NCBI GenBank assembly: GCA_030704615.1
Contig: CM060732.1
Location: 46,748,001-46,812,000, forward strand
Source of the DNA: Takakia lepidozioides
Taxonomy: Eukaryota > Plantae > Bryophyta
Length of the DNA stretch: 64,000 nucleotides
Direction: 5' to 3'
This document shows, one piece after another, positions 38,478 to 52,777 of this stretch. Below the pieces are notes generated by a model, which saw only the letters and a program-made list of their open reading frames with translations, ran no database searches and had not been told where the DNA came from. Positions within the stretch are counted from its first letter, which is position 1. Every line of letters starts with the position of its first letter. The translations under genes and the position numbers were made by a program.

Positions 38478-39027
38478 CAGTGTTGTACAGGTACCCACTT
38501 AGGCGGGTTGAAACCGGCGGTTCCGATTCCGGTTCGTGGAAAAAAAAAAAAAAAACCGGAACCGGACCCTCCCCCGCGCTACTCACAAACTGCGAGACCA
38601 CAAAAGCAGGAAAACCAAACCCTCCCCCGCGCTGAAGTCGCGCTACTGCAGCAGATCGCGCGTGAGAGACGACAGATCGCGGGAGGAAAAAAGAAAAAAA
38701 AAAACCCTAGTGCGGGAACCGGATCTGGAACCGCCACTGACCCCCCGGTTCCAGTTCCAAGCTGGTTCCTGGAAAAACCTGAATCCGCCGGTTTCGGTTC
38801 TGGAACCGGCTCGTCCCTGCTCCCCCGGTTTCGGTTCCCGCACTAGGGTTTTTTTTTTTTTTTCCCTCCCGCGATCTGTCGTCTCTCACGCGTGATCTGC
38901 TGCAGTAGCGCGACTTCAGCGCGGGGGAGGGAGCAGCGCGGGTGAGGGTTTGGTTTTCTTGCTTTTGTGGTCTCGCAGTTTGTGAGATGTTTGTCCATTT
39001 CCAGTTGTGACACTTCTCGCGGTGTCA
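38478..39027 (+). mobile_element. hAT transposon, 5' end (partner of 12253-13187)
   Basis: TIR CAGTGTTG preceded by GTCCTAAC (38470-38477), the exact reverse complement of GTTAGGAC next to the other end. Same GGAACC/GGTTCC subterminal motifs. Confidence 0.88.
38583..38986. repeat. Long inverted repeat inside the hAT 5' end (~140-bp arms, ~105-bp spacer)
   Basis: CTCACAAACTGCGAGACCACAAAAGC...CCCTAGTGCGGGAACC versus GGTTCCCGCACTAGGG...GCTTTTGTGGTCTCGCAGTTTGTGAG. Confidence 0.92.
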
Positions 39028-40205
39028 TCAATGTTGTTTGTGTAGGGATACGTTACAAGAGGGTTGGCTGCTTCTGTGCGTGGGTCTGGGGTTGAATGTT
39101 GGACTAGGTGTTATGGAGGAAGGCATGGAGCATTTGTAGAAGGGAGGAAGAATGAGAGTGGGGAAGAAGATGTAGATAGGTCTGCAGGGTGTTGGATTGT
39201 GAAAGAATGGCATTAGCTGGCAGAGGATCCGAGCGGCCCACATGATTGAATGGATGGAGTTGACATGGTCCAGGTACTCGCTTCTAAATATGTAATTTAA
39301 TGTGTCTCTTGTCTCACCAAATGATGGACTTATGGTGCACAATTGTAGTAGAAAGCCGTTATAGACCTGGTTCTAACAATGACTCCATTGTCTTGTAGAA
39401 CTACAGTTGTGAACAATTGCTTTCTATGCATGTGAATCATGGAAGGAGTTGTAAAGATGTGGGGATGGCAGAGTGCTCCTGCCCTGACCAAAGGTGTCGG
39501 CTCCTTGCGGTGTACCTATGGAAGGTCTGATATCACGCAACATGTTGATGGGCCGGGCCAGGCCAGGCGGTGGAGCCGAAATGGGTATGCAGTCTGGCAA
39601 TGTGGAGACGAAAACACTTGCAAGCGATGGCTATGATACCTCCCCATCCTCCAGGGAAAACAAAGGTATCGAGATGTAATTCTTTACTTGTATTTCTGTG
39701 AGTCTTTGAGCTTTGCCCGTCGGAGTGATCCATGCTCCATATCAGCATTGATCCACCCCATCAGAAACTCCAAAAAGGTTTTATTGTAGTACAGGGGTTG
39801 TGGAGAATGTCGGCGTTATGGACACCCTTGTGTTCTGATCCTCATAAAGTGACACATCTCGCGTGTAGCCCATAGAAATCCCGCTAAAGTATGACATATC
39901 ATTGTTCGGCAATATGACACCTTGGTGTTGGAGCCTCTTTTGGTCAAATGATCCAGCTTTATATTCTAAGGAACAGTATGCTAAACAAGTGTTCAGCCTG
40001 TTTTTATGCCTATTTTAGAATTATAAGCTATGGGTGGCATCTAACCAAACAATTAAATGTTTACCTATATCATGCAATAGTACTGCTCATCTGGAACCCA
40101 AAAGTTCCAGCTATTTTCCATTAATCACACAACCGGGATATTAAATCATCTGGTTACTTGATAAGATAACCAGTTTTTTAATAACAAAAACCCAGAGCTT
40201 ATCTG

Positions 40206-41358
40206 CTATATTTTTAGAACTTCTTGTAATCATGACACAGAGTCAAAACTCATTGCATTGTTTAGTAAGCTTGATTTCCCAGAACTGCTTTCTACTGCAG
40301 TGTTCTGTATCAGAATATGCCATAGCTAGCAAAAAACACACAACTATCTTTTTTGTAACATAAAATCCAGAGCCATGTTGTAGGTTAATCAGTCTTTGAT
40401 TACCAAGCAACAGCAGGGCTTCTCTTTAGAACAACCAGACCTGGTTTAGGTTTGGGGTCATTATGTTACAACCTTGACAAGGTGTTTGCACAAACACAAC
40501 TGTATACAATCTGTAATTACAGAGTGACATGAAGAGGTAGCAGGTTACTTACCTTAGCAGATTGTATGCAAGGTAGAAAGGAAAGGGGGTTCAGACATCC
40601 ACAGAGGTTCCATATATTGAGCACATAAAGGCATATAAGGCTCAGTATAAACCATATGCAAGCTCTGGCCTCTCCCCTACCGTGTTGCTTGAAAGTGTAC
40701 ATATCAGAGTAGCAAATCGTGCTCTAAGCATGAAAAAAGAGCATATATTTGGTCTGGAAACCCTACTTCCAGTACCATATTTCAATGCAGCGGAAATCAT
40801 AACCCAGAGTTCTTAATAGAATTCATGTTCTAAAAAGGCTCGCTAATGCACTTGCTACTTCAACACATAGATAAAGGTTGTAAGCATATCCAGATTGGTC
40901 ATGTAGTGAGGCATCAAAAATCACATTAAGTGAGGACCCTCACCTGGTCCCATCACAAGCCCCCACAAGAACCAACAGGTTAGTGAGAATTGTGGAATCC
41001 CAGGTGAATCGGGTCTCACGCTTATTATCGCTGTACAACATGAGTTCTAAAGCAAGAATCAGTTCTAAACACAAGCAAGGTTATCCACAACCTTAATCGA
41101 TTGCGGAAGAGGACTCGACATCGCTCCAAGCACTTGACAATCAACAGCACAAACAAGCAATGGTTTGCTTGAAATCTATGCGCATTTTAAGGTGAAGAAA
41201 CCCCCTGAGTTTTTATGAGCAGTGCTGAAACTTAATGATCCAGAGAGGATCTACAAGCAGTCGGGCAGCCTAAGGTAGATTGCCCGCCAAGGGAATAGGT
41301 CACCATACTGAGGGAATTGAAGCACCGCCGCCGTTACGCCTCCCAAGGGAGATGAGAA
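40206..41358 (-). repeat. Second copy of the PLE 3' region
   Basis: Reverse complement of 18038-19269. Confidence 0.95.
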
Positions 41359-41496
41359 TAAAGTTCCTTTAGATAGAAAGAAAAGTGACTCTTTGTAAGA
41401 AAATAAAAATTAAAAAAATGAAAACTTTCAAAGTCTTGGAGAAAGGTTTAGGCAACCATGTTATATGATTGCGGCACGATGCTCACTTCGTCAAGC

Positions 41497-41539
<43 letters not shown>

Positions 41540-43863
41540 ATTTTTAAACTTTTTTTTTATCAGGAAGGGAAATATATATTTGTTATGTCAGGGCCGCGCA
41601 CATACTCATAATATCCATGATTTGAAAGATATCCTTAGCCACTCAAACACAATATTTCTCTCCTATGGAGGTTGGGTAGCACATGAGCATGCTCATGTGA
41701 GCACAAGCGCATATTCCAAATATTCCTAAGATGCCTGCGGAGTATTCAACTGCGAAACGAAAATTGAGAAACTAAAATACTTGCGAAACTATTTTTTAAC
41801 TGCTCATATAGGCCCTCACAGCAACACTTAAGAAACAAGTAACCCCATACATGATAAACATGCTACCCTATAGGCGTGGGATGTCCTCGCGTTATGCTCA
41901 CCCGATACTAGGCCCTTTCAATGAGACTCCATGAGACCTTAAAGGTTGTCACGTCCCATGGATAATTTATCGAGACGAAACTCTCACTCCTGAAATTATT
42001 ATTTAATTTTAATTTCTCAATACAAAATTGAAAGATAGATCAAGACAGTTTATCGTTTTGGTGCAACTGTACCCTATAAATGCACCGTGCCTCAAAACAT
42101 GTAGCTCCTATGACCGTGGTTTAAAAGCATATAACCCCTGTGACTGTGGGTTGTGCTAGAGTGAGCATAGCGTGATGCTCAGACGACCCTCCTACGAGAG
42201 CCTTTGCACTTCATCGCTCACATCGCTCCTATCGCTCACATCTCTAATCCTCAATAAACAGAAGATTGAAGTGGCACCTAGCCATTGTGTGACAGAGTCC
42301 TGTGCGAATAGAGCCCACCCTTTAAAGGTTGTAGTTCCCGCGAACAAGGCTCTTATTTACACTAGCTTCGATTGGCATCGTGTATATATATACATAATTT
42401 TTTTTTGTTAATACTAAAGTTGAATGCTCAAGGATAAGATATTATTCATTTTTATTATAATTTTAAGTTAATATTTATAAAAACAGATCATGACTAGGCT
42501 ACTCAAATTAATGTTAATTGAATATGGTATCATGCATATGGTGTCATGTGTCATCCATGCAAAAAATAAAATAAACATTCAGACAGAGGCCTTGTAAATC
42601 ATTAAAATATCTGTAACATGAGGCCATAAGGTTTGTGGTTTGTACGTTTGTACATTCTATCAAATGTAATATCCATCTAACTGTATAGATAAAGCTTAGT
42701 GTATGTTTTTCTTTTTTTTTAATTTTTAGAGAAGAGGGACAGTAGCCCTCAAAATGTGTATGTTCAGTTAGGGCATGTTAGAATACTCTTATAGTGAAGA
42801 ATATGGCACTCATTTTTATAGTAGGTAATTAACTGTTTCATCCAAATCAAAGTATTTTATTAATGACATTGAGAGGTTGGGGTGAGTTGGCAAACCAGTA
42901 GTATGTGGAAAAGGGAAACATCTAGAGTGACCCCAAATCCGGCCCCTGAATTCTAGTAAGAGGAGAAAATAACAAATAACCTTGGGGTCCATTCGCACCA
43001 CGGGTTATATGAGGGATTACAACCAAATATATTTGACTTTCCTAAGGTCCTGTTCAGATTAGAGATTAGATTTATCTTAAAATTTGACATGGCAGATGAT
43101 GTGGCGACGGGGTTAGAGACTGGGGTAGCGTTGTTCCCGCTTATTCATGTAATGGTAGATTTACGTTGGGGAGGCGTGGGTTTATAAGACCCCTGCATTT
43201 CGAGGGTGTAACTTCATCCTTTTTGGTTCTATGCACATGTTCCCAACAGAAAAATATGTTCCCGATAGTATCGTATGGTCCCTCCGGCGTTTTGTATCCA
43301 GGAACATGGCAAGTTAGGGTTTATGGATGCAACTAACCCTTGGTCCAATTGGGTCGAATAAATGCTGGTAATACGTTTCACCCATGGCTAGAGGGAGGGA
43401 TAAATACAACCATTATGAACCTTATACCCCTTGGTGCGCATGTACCAAAGTAACCACAAAGCTCATGGGAAGGGGAGAAGATTATACCATACTGTACTAC
43501 ACTATACTGGATACCACACCAGACAAGGGAGCTTGAACCCAGAATCATGACCTGGATGGCAGGGATTTTATCTTCAAAAGTCAGTTTAGTGAGTAGTCCT
43601 GAGTCTTGACCACATGAACCTAGAGAATGAGCTTGAGGCCACACCCTCTCAAGTCTCAAACTGTAGATTAGCTGAGCACATACCATAACTGCTCAATTTG
43701 ATGTTGAGCATGAGTCCCCTAGAAATTAGTATGTGGAAGGACTTAACTAATTCTCAACTAAATAACTGAAGGACTCCTAGACATACCAATGGCTATGTTC
43801 AAACTCTTGGAAGCTGCTGATTGCATCCTATGCATGTTACTTCTTAACTAGAAAAAAAATGTC

Positions 43864-45475
43864 ATACCAGGTCCACTATTGTTAACCTTTCTTACTCCAA
43901 TCTGCAATGCTTGAATCTCTTGCCTGCTGGCGTCTAATCCCTTACAATCTGGCAGCACACTATACAATCATGGTAAATCCTCGTAGCGATTTAGTCTGGG
44001 CTCTTACCTGATTGAGAATCGCCTCGCTTCTCAAGCTTAATTGTCCTATCCAAATTTCAATACGAGGATTCGATTTTGGAACACGTGTGGGTACCCTCTT
44101 ACCTCAAACGAGTCTCCCAACGGCCAGATTTAACCCAAATCACCGCACTCCTCATGATGGGATACACATGAATGTCGTCCTTCACTTCACGTGATAGAAA
44201 GTTTGTGTCTGTTACATGAGTCAGTTGCAGCCGTAGTGTCAAGTTTAATCAGTTAGTAGAACTTGCATCCTCATACATTTCTATGCAACTGATTTATGAA
44301 AACCTTGTCCGAGGTCTACTACCACGGGCACACTTCACATTCAGAGCAACAGAGATCATCAATGGGTGTCGCCATCACTTCACTAACACACGAGCCTTCT
44401 TATTGCTACAGTAGTTAATGTGCTAGCAACACCCGGAAGATCCAAAGTCCAGAAATCCGGCCTTCTTAGCTATATGAGGACTCCATCATGCAACAGTTCA
44501 CCATCCGCCTTAGAAATTCTTTGGACAATTGATCTGTTTGAAATATGCCCTACATCCTCCACAATATATGAGCTACTTGCTGATCAGGTTCACAAAGGTG
44601 CCTGCAAATACCAGGTCTTCTCTAAGCAGCCTTACTCCAATCTGCCATGCTTGAATCTCTGAGAAATCTCTAAGCACTTTTCCTGCTGGTGTCTAATCCC
44701 TTAAAATCTGGCAGCACACAATACAATCATGGTTTGCTCATAGTAACTTAGTACTAGACTCTTACCTGATTAAAAGTCCGAGTCGCTTTGCAAGCTTAAT
44801 CCTATCCAAATTTCAATACGAGGTCGATTTTCGAACACGTGTGGGTACCCTCTTACCTCAAAAGACTGTCTCCCCCAACAGAGGCCCCACATCACCGCAC
44901 TCCTCATGATGGGATACACGTGAATGTTCTCCTTGACTTCACCTGATAGAAAGCTTGTTTATTGGAGTGATCAGTTACCGTCGTATGAGGTTTAATCAGT
45001 ATGTACGACTCAGTGCATCCTCGGACATTTCTAAGCAACTGATTTAGGAAAACGTTGTCCGAGGTCTACTACTACGGGTATACACAAGTCATTCAAAGCA
45101 GCTCTTCGTTACAACTATCATCTTAGTTGAAAAAGTTCTCTTTCCAGGTCCGAGGATTGCAGAGACACATGAGGACACTTCAAAGACCAAAAGAGATCAT
45201 CAGTGGGCCTCACGATCTCTTATAAACGTACCAGAATTCCACCAACACACGAGCCTTCTAATTGCTTCAGTAGTTAGTGCTAGCCACCCCCTGAAGATCC
45301 AACGTCTAGAAAGCCTTCTTAGCTATGTGAGCCCTCACCCATTAACAGCTCATCACCCGTCTTAAGTTAGAAAGTTTCACTATCGTTGATCTGCTTCTTG
45401 AAATCTGTCCCACATCCTCCACATATCAGCTACTTGCTGATCAGGTTCATAAGATGCCTGCTTCAAAATACTCTC
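43864..45475. repeat. Tandem duplication, units ~43864-44607 and ~44608-45475
   Basis: Shared anchors: CTTACTCCAATCTG (43891/44631), GTGTGGGTACCCTCTTACCTCAAA, GTCCGAGGTCTACTAC and CTACTTGCTGATCAGGTTCA. Confidence 0.9.
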
Positions 45476-46406
45476 TCATGGAAACTTGCATCTTCAAGTC
45501 AACAAACATAACGTATTCTTAAAATCTGCTACTAGATCAGGGTTCATATCCTCACATTCAGGTTTTGATAAAGTTAAAGTGCGTTCCCTTTGTTTAACCT
45601 CCAGGGGAGTGACACAGGCTACACCTCAAGGCACTGCCCATAGTGGGGGGTAAAAAGAGAGAAAGTAAACTAATTATCTTAAATTATCTTAAATAATTAG
45701 TTCAATACTAGTTCAATAGATATATCCTCTTGTGATTTTTCCAAATGTCCAAAGTTCCTGAGCACCTCGGAGTAGATTTTGGTGCATTTTGCCATCCATG
45801 CGTAATGACTTGATTCATTTCAAAACATCACCCTCATGTTTTCATGTTGTGTCCACAAGGGCCAGCCCTGAAGGTCTGCAGACCATCTTCATATCACCAC
45901 AGTTTGCCCTTCTTTCCATTACTGAAATTCTGAGCTGGTTGGAAAACCTATTTGAGAGTATCATCTGTGTAGCTACTACTAGCTATGAAATAGTTGAACC
46001 CTCCCTTGTCTGTGCAATCAGTATAGCTACTATCTTGTGCATAGGAAATCAGACCAGGTAAATGAAAGTTAGAAAAATTTCCGAAGTAATCGACTTCGTT
46101 CTGTCTTTCAACCTTAACCCTACCTAAGTTGGGAGTTAGTTCACAACAAAAACCACAAATTACAGTAGTTTCTCTCCCTTGCTTTTCAAGTGGAGGAGAC
46201 AATATTGTAACAGCACACAAACCCAAGATAGATTTCATACCACAAGTGAAATGTCAATGAGGCATATTTTGCATATGCCCACATGCTGGTGGGTATTTGC
46301 CACAGACGCAAATCTGGCGATCTAACAACATACCGAGTGCATGAGCCCTTCATCTATACATTCCAATCTATATCCAACCAACTGCCCTTTCCTCTCATAT
46401 CAAGTC

Positions 46407-49400
46407 TTACTGCTCGTCAGCAGCGCTTGCTGCACTCAGATCCACGCTTAGATCCAGCACCTGCAAAACTCATCAAGAGTCTACAGTTACTTCTCCAATC
46501 AGCACTATAGCTCATTCAACTACCATTTGAGTAGATCTGTACAGGGGAAGCTCTTAGCCATTGCATCTTTATAGAGTCTAGGACTAATTATGCCTCTAGA
46601 GATACTTCTAAAACTCGGCAATACCACTGATTCATGTACGAATGAAGTGATAACTAACTATGAGAATGCAAGGCCTCAACAACTTCTAGATAGTTCACTC
46701 TGAGAATGCTAAAGAAGTTAGGCATAGAACTTCCCTGAACTTGTTTCCAGTTTGTGACATGGGTGAGGACCTTAAGGATGATCTGAAGGGCTCACCTACC
46801 CTCAGCACTAGGCTGAAATTTAAACACAGGGCCGGTAGTCTACCATGGAACAATAAATGGATGCAGAGATGAAAGGGATGCCCAATGTGCAGACGGCAAA
46901 TTCAATTTCTGATACAATGTCCCAGGCACTCACATCATAGAGCAACGACCATCTTCAGTACCATTAAGGACATAGTCCCTGCACCTATGCTCACCAACTT
47001 TCAAAATCTCAAGGCTGAGTCTAAAGCCGTGGCCCTGTTGGGGTCTAATTGCTGGGCTCACAAACAGCAGACTGATGGTTGTGGGAGGGGCTTGTAGAGG
47101 AAATCTGGAAAGCCCAAACCAATAATCTATACCAGGCAAGTCCCACTACTGGAGTAAGCTCCTCACAAAGGCAGTGCTGTTCCCTCTTACTCTGCCAGAC
47201 AGGCTGCAGGGTCTATGGCCACAAAGCTACAGCAACCGACATCTTATGAGTACATTCTGAGAATGAGGCTCAGGAGTATTGAAGCTGCTAGATCACACTT
47301 ATGAAACAAATTTGGGACAAACAGGACGTCCGAACACACCTTGCCCGTTATGCGGGTGTACATAGCAACAACATCCTGCACTGTTGTCTCAAAATGGGTA
47401 GTAGGGTCATAACTCTGCAAACCCCACAACCCAAACCATGTTATTCATTTGGTCTCTGATATTATCACTTTAGTGGCACGACTCTCGGTTGTCTGTGACC
47501 AGAAACATAGTAATATAAATCAACAACGAGGAATCTCAATCAACAAAACCATCTAACTTCAGTGCCTAAAACCTGTTGTCTGTTTCTTGGGTCCTTACAG
47601 TTCCATCCCACACCACTCAGATTTTACCTAGAGCCAATAAAGATCCACTCTCTGAGCCATGCATCGTACTCATACAAACTTGCCAAATTGATTTCCTTCC
47701 TTCAAACAACACAAGCTTGAACTGGTTGCCGTTTGACTTACTTTAGAAATGAAGCAGTTGTCAAGAGTCCAATCATTCACAGGTTCATATTGATCATAAA
47801 CGTCGATGATCTTCTCATCAATGGGCCCCAGCAAAGCAATTCCTGGTTCCAGCTCTGCCTCAGGTCTATCTGTTTCCACTGAGGCAGATACAAATGCAAT
47901 GTACTTACCCTTGGGTGCCACATTGTGAGAGTAGGAGCAGCAAAACACATACCTGGAAAGTATCCACCCAGTCAGGAAGAGCCACATTAGGCAAGGGATG
48001 ATTAAATTATTCAAAAACCTTCATACTGGGTGGCAAGTTAACAAACAAACCTTTGATCTCAAACTCCGACTCGCAATGCTCCATATATGGCTACTAACTA
48101 TAGGCAGATGGTTATGGTGACAACTTGTGTATGTCTGAGAGCCTGGTAACACTGAACTCATATTTGAGAGGTAACCAACAATATAACAAGATAGCCACAT
48201 CCAAGGTAAACAAAGAAATCTCTCAGGTAAAAACAAAGACACAAAGAGACAACAAAAGAAGACAGGACAAAAGATCCAAGAAATACTATACAGAAGAAGA
48301 AAGAACAAAATGAGGAGAAACAAAGAATGCTGTCTTACAACTTGACATCTAAGAGACGAGACGAAACAATGCTACGTTGCATGATAGTGACACAAAGCAA
48401 GAAGAGCAACAAGAGAGCTTTAGACAGACAAATGCACCACATTTTCAGAGCATTGCTCCAAGAGTTGGTCTTCCATGACAAAGCAAGAAGAGCAACACCC
48501 ACATCTATGATTGCTCAATGAGGAAACCCGTGATCTACCATAGACACAGCAAGATGACCAACATCTACAGCATTGACATCCAGGAAGATGTTTCTCTCAT
48601 AGCAGCAAGCAGTAAATAGAAGTGCAACATCCACAACTGTGATCCAAGAGAAAATGCTTTTCTCATTTCAGCAACAAATGGTGAAATGTTACAAGGAAGA
48701 GCATACATGTCAGATCTGCGGCCAAGTTGTTTTTGGGGCAAAATTATTTGCACAGAGTCAGAATCACTGGTGTTAGGGATCGGATGGCTCATGAAGCAAA
48801 TAGCCCTGACCACTTTCCCCACCTTCCTAACCTGCAATCAGAGAAAAACTGTGCCCCCTCAAAACATGATCTCTCTCTTGCTCACAATACAGCCAGTCCC
48901 AATTTGTCCTCTTCTTGTAACAAAGCCACATGTCACATATGTGTTGATGGAGAAGGTCTCCTCTTTGAACCAATCATTTAGCAAACCCCAGAAGGTGGTA
49001 GGTGCTTGAGGGCCCAGTCACAACTAATAACAACCTCAGCATATCTTTAGGACACCAGAAGATTCAAGGATTGAGATATATGCAATCAGAGTGCACTAGC
49101 AGCCTTCACTCACAAACTAGCAATTCCCAAAAGTAGGAACACACCTGCTAAGGTAACAACCATCTCAATGTGTTAGATAACATGAACCATTACCTTGTTA
49201 GGAAGATACGAAGGATCACACACAACTTTTGGGGCCTTGGCAGTTTCACCCTCAGATGTAACCCCCCTTACTTGCCCCATGTCATCAAACTCGACCTGCA
49301 GTTACCTCAAGCCAAGTCCAAGAGTCCATCTTTCAGTCTAGGGAGACGCACACAAACAGAGGACAGGAGAGGGAGAGAAAGGCAGATCTCATGATGATGA

Positions 49401-52400
49401 TGATGACGATGATGATCTACTAACTAGACATTGCTCACCGTAGAGTTGAGGCTGGAGTGAGCAAGAGGAACAGGGTAAGAAACTTGGTAAGGTCCATAGG
49501 CAGTCCTGAGGGCCCATGGGACAAATTAGAACAACGACACAAAAACATCAGAAAGACTTCCAACCGTCACTCTTAGATGAAGAGAGAAGCAAGACAGATG
49601 TGTACCTTACACTCTGGCTTTGCAAGCATATATGTCCCACCGTACACGGCACTAAGACGAGCAAATGCCTGGAGTAGTTGACAGAAGATCACCATAAGAC
49701 TGGAGGCACACTGAAGAAACATGCAGCTCAATCCCCTATTGCATGCAAAAGTACTTCATTGTGGCTGATACTCTCGTCAGTATCAGCTCATGCTGATGAG
49801 TCCGCACAAGAAACTAAACTCAGTCAACTGAAGCAGGTATCGTCGTACAGACCTGTGGAAGCTCGCCAAGCCCATAGAGTGGGTAAATGTAAGGTGAACC
49901 CCCCTGGAAACGAGCCATCGACTCTGCATATAACTGTACAAAGAGTATCATTCAGTGAAGACTGTTTACCCCACAAACAAAGAGAAAGAGAAATTGAACC
50001 AACAAAATAAAGCATGGATGAAATGAAGAAATCAATTACCTTGACCCTCTTTACTGTCTCCAAGGCTGGTTCACCCAGGTAGCGGTCATCACGGTGGAGT
50101 GCCAGGGAATGGCCTATAAAATCAATTGTGTTGTCATCCACTCCATACTTTCTGTAGGAGATACCATCAAAAATCTCAGACCGCTACCTCTGATTCTGAC
50201 AAACTCTCCGCTTCCTGACATTAGGCAAACTTAACACCAACCAAAGCATGTTCAACTGAATATTGCATTACCCTCTCAGCTGGTTCACTACCATGTCCCT
50301 CTACTTGCAAACAAGATTCCTACCCGAAAAGCTCTTTGGTTGTGGTTCTGTGCAGGTCCATTCCATCATGTGTCCTGGGGTCCTCTTCTTCATATTCCTG
50401 AACATATATGAAGAACTTGCGGGCTCTGCGCTTCTCAAACAAACCCATAAGGGGAGACTTCAAGGCCTCCACATCTGTTGCTGGAACCTTATAAATCTGT
50501 GAAACATTTTCAAACCAACAAAATAGGCTCAGGGGACGTACATAGACCCACCATAGTAGATACAAGAAATGCTAAAATAATTATTCATCCTGGTTGATCC
50601 AAATACAATTGAACAGACTACGATATGGAAACACCTTTGTTCAGAATTTGTGAGAGGAAAACTGTGGAATGAAACAGCAGGAGCATGAAACTACTAGGAG
50701 AGAAATGCACTGAGAACTGTTAAATCCTCTTCAAAAAAACATGCCCTGAGAATAGTACTGAAAACCAACTGTTTATCCTGAGAATACCGTCACATGAATG
50801 CACAAGTGATGACTAGATGCTTCAAGGCATGGTGTACTCTTTAGCTAGAGTCTTCCTACTGCTACTGGACAATAGAAATCACAATTGACATGCAAAAATC
50901 AGGAGTCAAACAGCAAGTTCCATCCTTCATAAGGTGACCTAATTGTACCCTGATTGCAAGAGGATAACACAACAACACAAAAGTTGACCGGCCATAAATA
51001 TGCACACCTTGCCCTGCTTGTAGACATAGCTGCCATCCACCGCCTTGAATGATAAATACTTTGTGACATCCGTGTGAATAAGGATTCTCACAAGAGCACC
51101 ATTGGCCATCATGAACTGCAATTCAGACCTTACATTAAAACCTGCAGATGGTTTTGAAGTTAAAGTGTCACTGCCTCTGACAGATCATCACTGTAGAAGC
51201 AGAGAGTAGGAGTAGAGAGTGGTAAGAGGACCTAAACAAAGGTCTCATTCACTTCTGGCTATCAGATTGATCTTTGATTTGATCTTTACTTCTGGTCTGA
51301 TTGCTGTAGTTCTATGGAATACAGTAACACGACTTTTTGAAGATGCAATTCACTCCCATGAATACAGAAAAAAAAGCCAGTTACGGTAATAATGCACATA
51401 GACCTGCCAGTCTATGGCTCAATGCTACAAGCAAAATGTTTAAATTGCATAGAATTACTACCTTAGGCACCATGTCCACATTGTACTCCTTGCTCGATCC
51501 CAAAAATGTTGGAGGCTTGTCATTGCCCCTATACTTCTGCCATAGCTGTAACATAACCACCAACAAGGCAACTCAAACCCATGTTTCATTTCATAACTTG
51601 AGGGAAAGTGGAGTTGAACAATCACCTTCTAGATGAAACCTTGTCAAGAAAGAGAACACAGTCAGACGGGAAGCTTTGCCGCTTAGAATTTACACGCCAC
51701 ACTTCAAAACTCCCCATCTTTCAAGCAATACAAGAAATTACTAGGAATGTATTTGCCAGGAGACACTCAAACCAGAGTGGACCTTCCGCATTTGTAAAAG
51801 CCCATGAAAACTTACCTCGCCCATCTGTATGCCTTCTTTTGTGGAACTAATGGATCAACCATAAAAAGGAAAGAAAAGGGGGGGGGGGGGGGGGAGGGGG
51901 GGTTGTGCAGGAAAACCTAACTATCCTTCTGCAGCAGTGGTCCTAAAAGGCCAATAAGAAGCCTCTGTGAGTACCTGATTGAGAGTGAGCGATGCAGATG
52001 CTCCCCCGTAGTAGTCATTCCTGTCCATGTGCAAAACCTGTCGCATATCACAAGGAAAATATAACAAGCTGAAACATGAGAGGTAGTCAGACAAGTAGAT
52101 CCTTAGGTCTTTCCAGCAATAAAGTCCCTTGGCGTGCAACAAACAGTGACCAGAGCGAGGCCGAACGGGAAAGTAGAAAAAGACGTCTCCCTGATGGCAC
52201 TATATCTATCAATTTTTAAGAGACGTAAAATTTTGTTGGAACTTCTTCTCGTGAGGCAGTAGAGCTGTAATATTCTTTCAATCGTGCAATGTCAATGACA
52301 CCTGTGTCAAAGAAAGAGAAAGCTCAGATCGTCCAGAAAATATCCTACACATTCAGAAAACATCGTTCTTGATTTTCTATTTTCTCCTCTTCCTTTACTC

Positions 52401-52777
52401 TCTCATCTACAGTACCTTCTGTATCTCCTTCAGCCATTTCATCTGTCAGTCTCATCCACTAAGGAAGGCCAGTACTTTCGGCTGTTTCAGAGAACTTAAG
52501 TCTGAAGATACACGCGCCAGCTCCATCTTCACATGTCTGTCTCTCTCCCTCTCTCAAATTTCCCTTTCAGCTCCACAATCTCTCTCACTCCTGTTCATGG
52601 AATATCAAAGTACAAACTAACACACAGACAGCTTAACTTCCACAATGACCGCCCGTTCCGCCTTTTTCTCAGAAATACATCAGTACCGACCTTGAGACGA
52701 TCCACGGAGAGAAGGCCGCTGAGAATGCATTCCTTGAGACCCGTGCCAAGCACAATCACATCATACTCTTCATCCAT
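46407..52777 (-). CDS. GDI: Rab GDP-dissociation inhibitor, 13 exons (52777-52691, 52037-51975, 51545-51462, 51115-51008, 50496-50324, 50151-50040, 49933-49853, 49668-49606, 49295-49194, 48831-48707, 47952-47742, 47414-47340, 46460-46407), 445 aa
   Basis: [67 protein letters not shown] and [11 protein letters not shown]. All introns are GT-AG; CDS totals 1338 nt. Confidence 0.97.
46709..47258 (+). mobile_element. 5'-truncated LINE in the last GDI intron
   Basis: Homologous to 20090-20560; ends TCTTATGAGTACATTCT. TSD TCTGAGAATG at 46699-46708 and 47256-47265. Confidence 0.85.

Noticed and set aside
13184-39030. GTCATCA at both PLE-hAT junctions as terminal inverted repeats
   Set aside because: Only 7 bp and the junction positions are uncertain; could be chance.
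44249-44362. C/D box snoRNA on the minus strand (TGATGA...CTGA)
   Set aside because: No recognisable rRNA/snRNA guide or terminal stem, and the spacing is disrupted in the duplicate copy.
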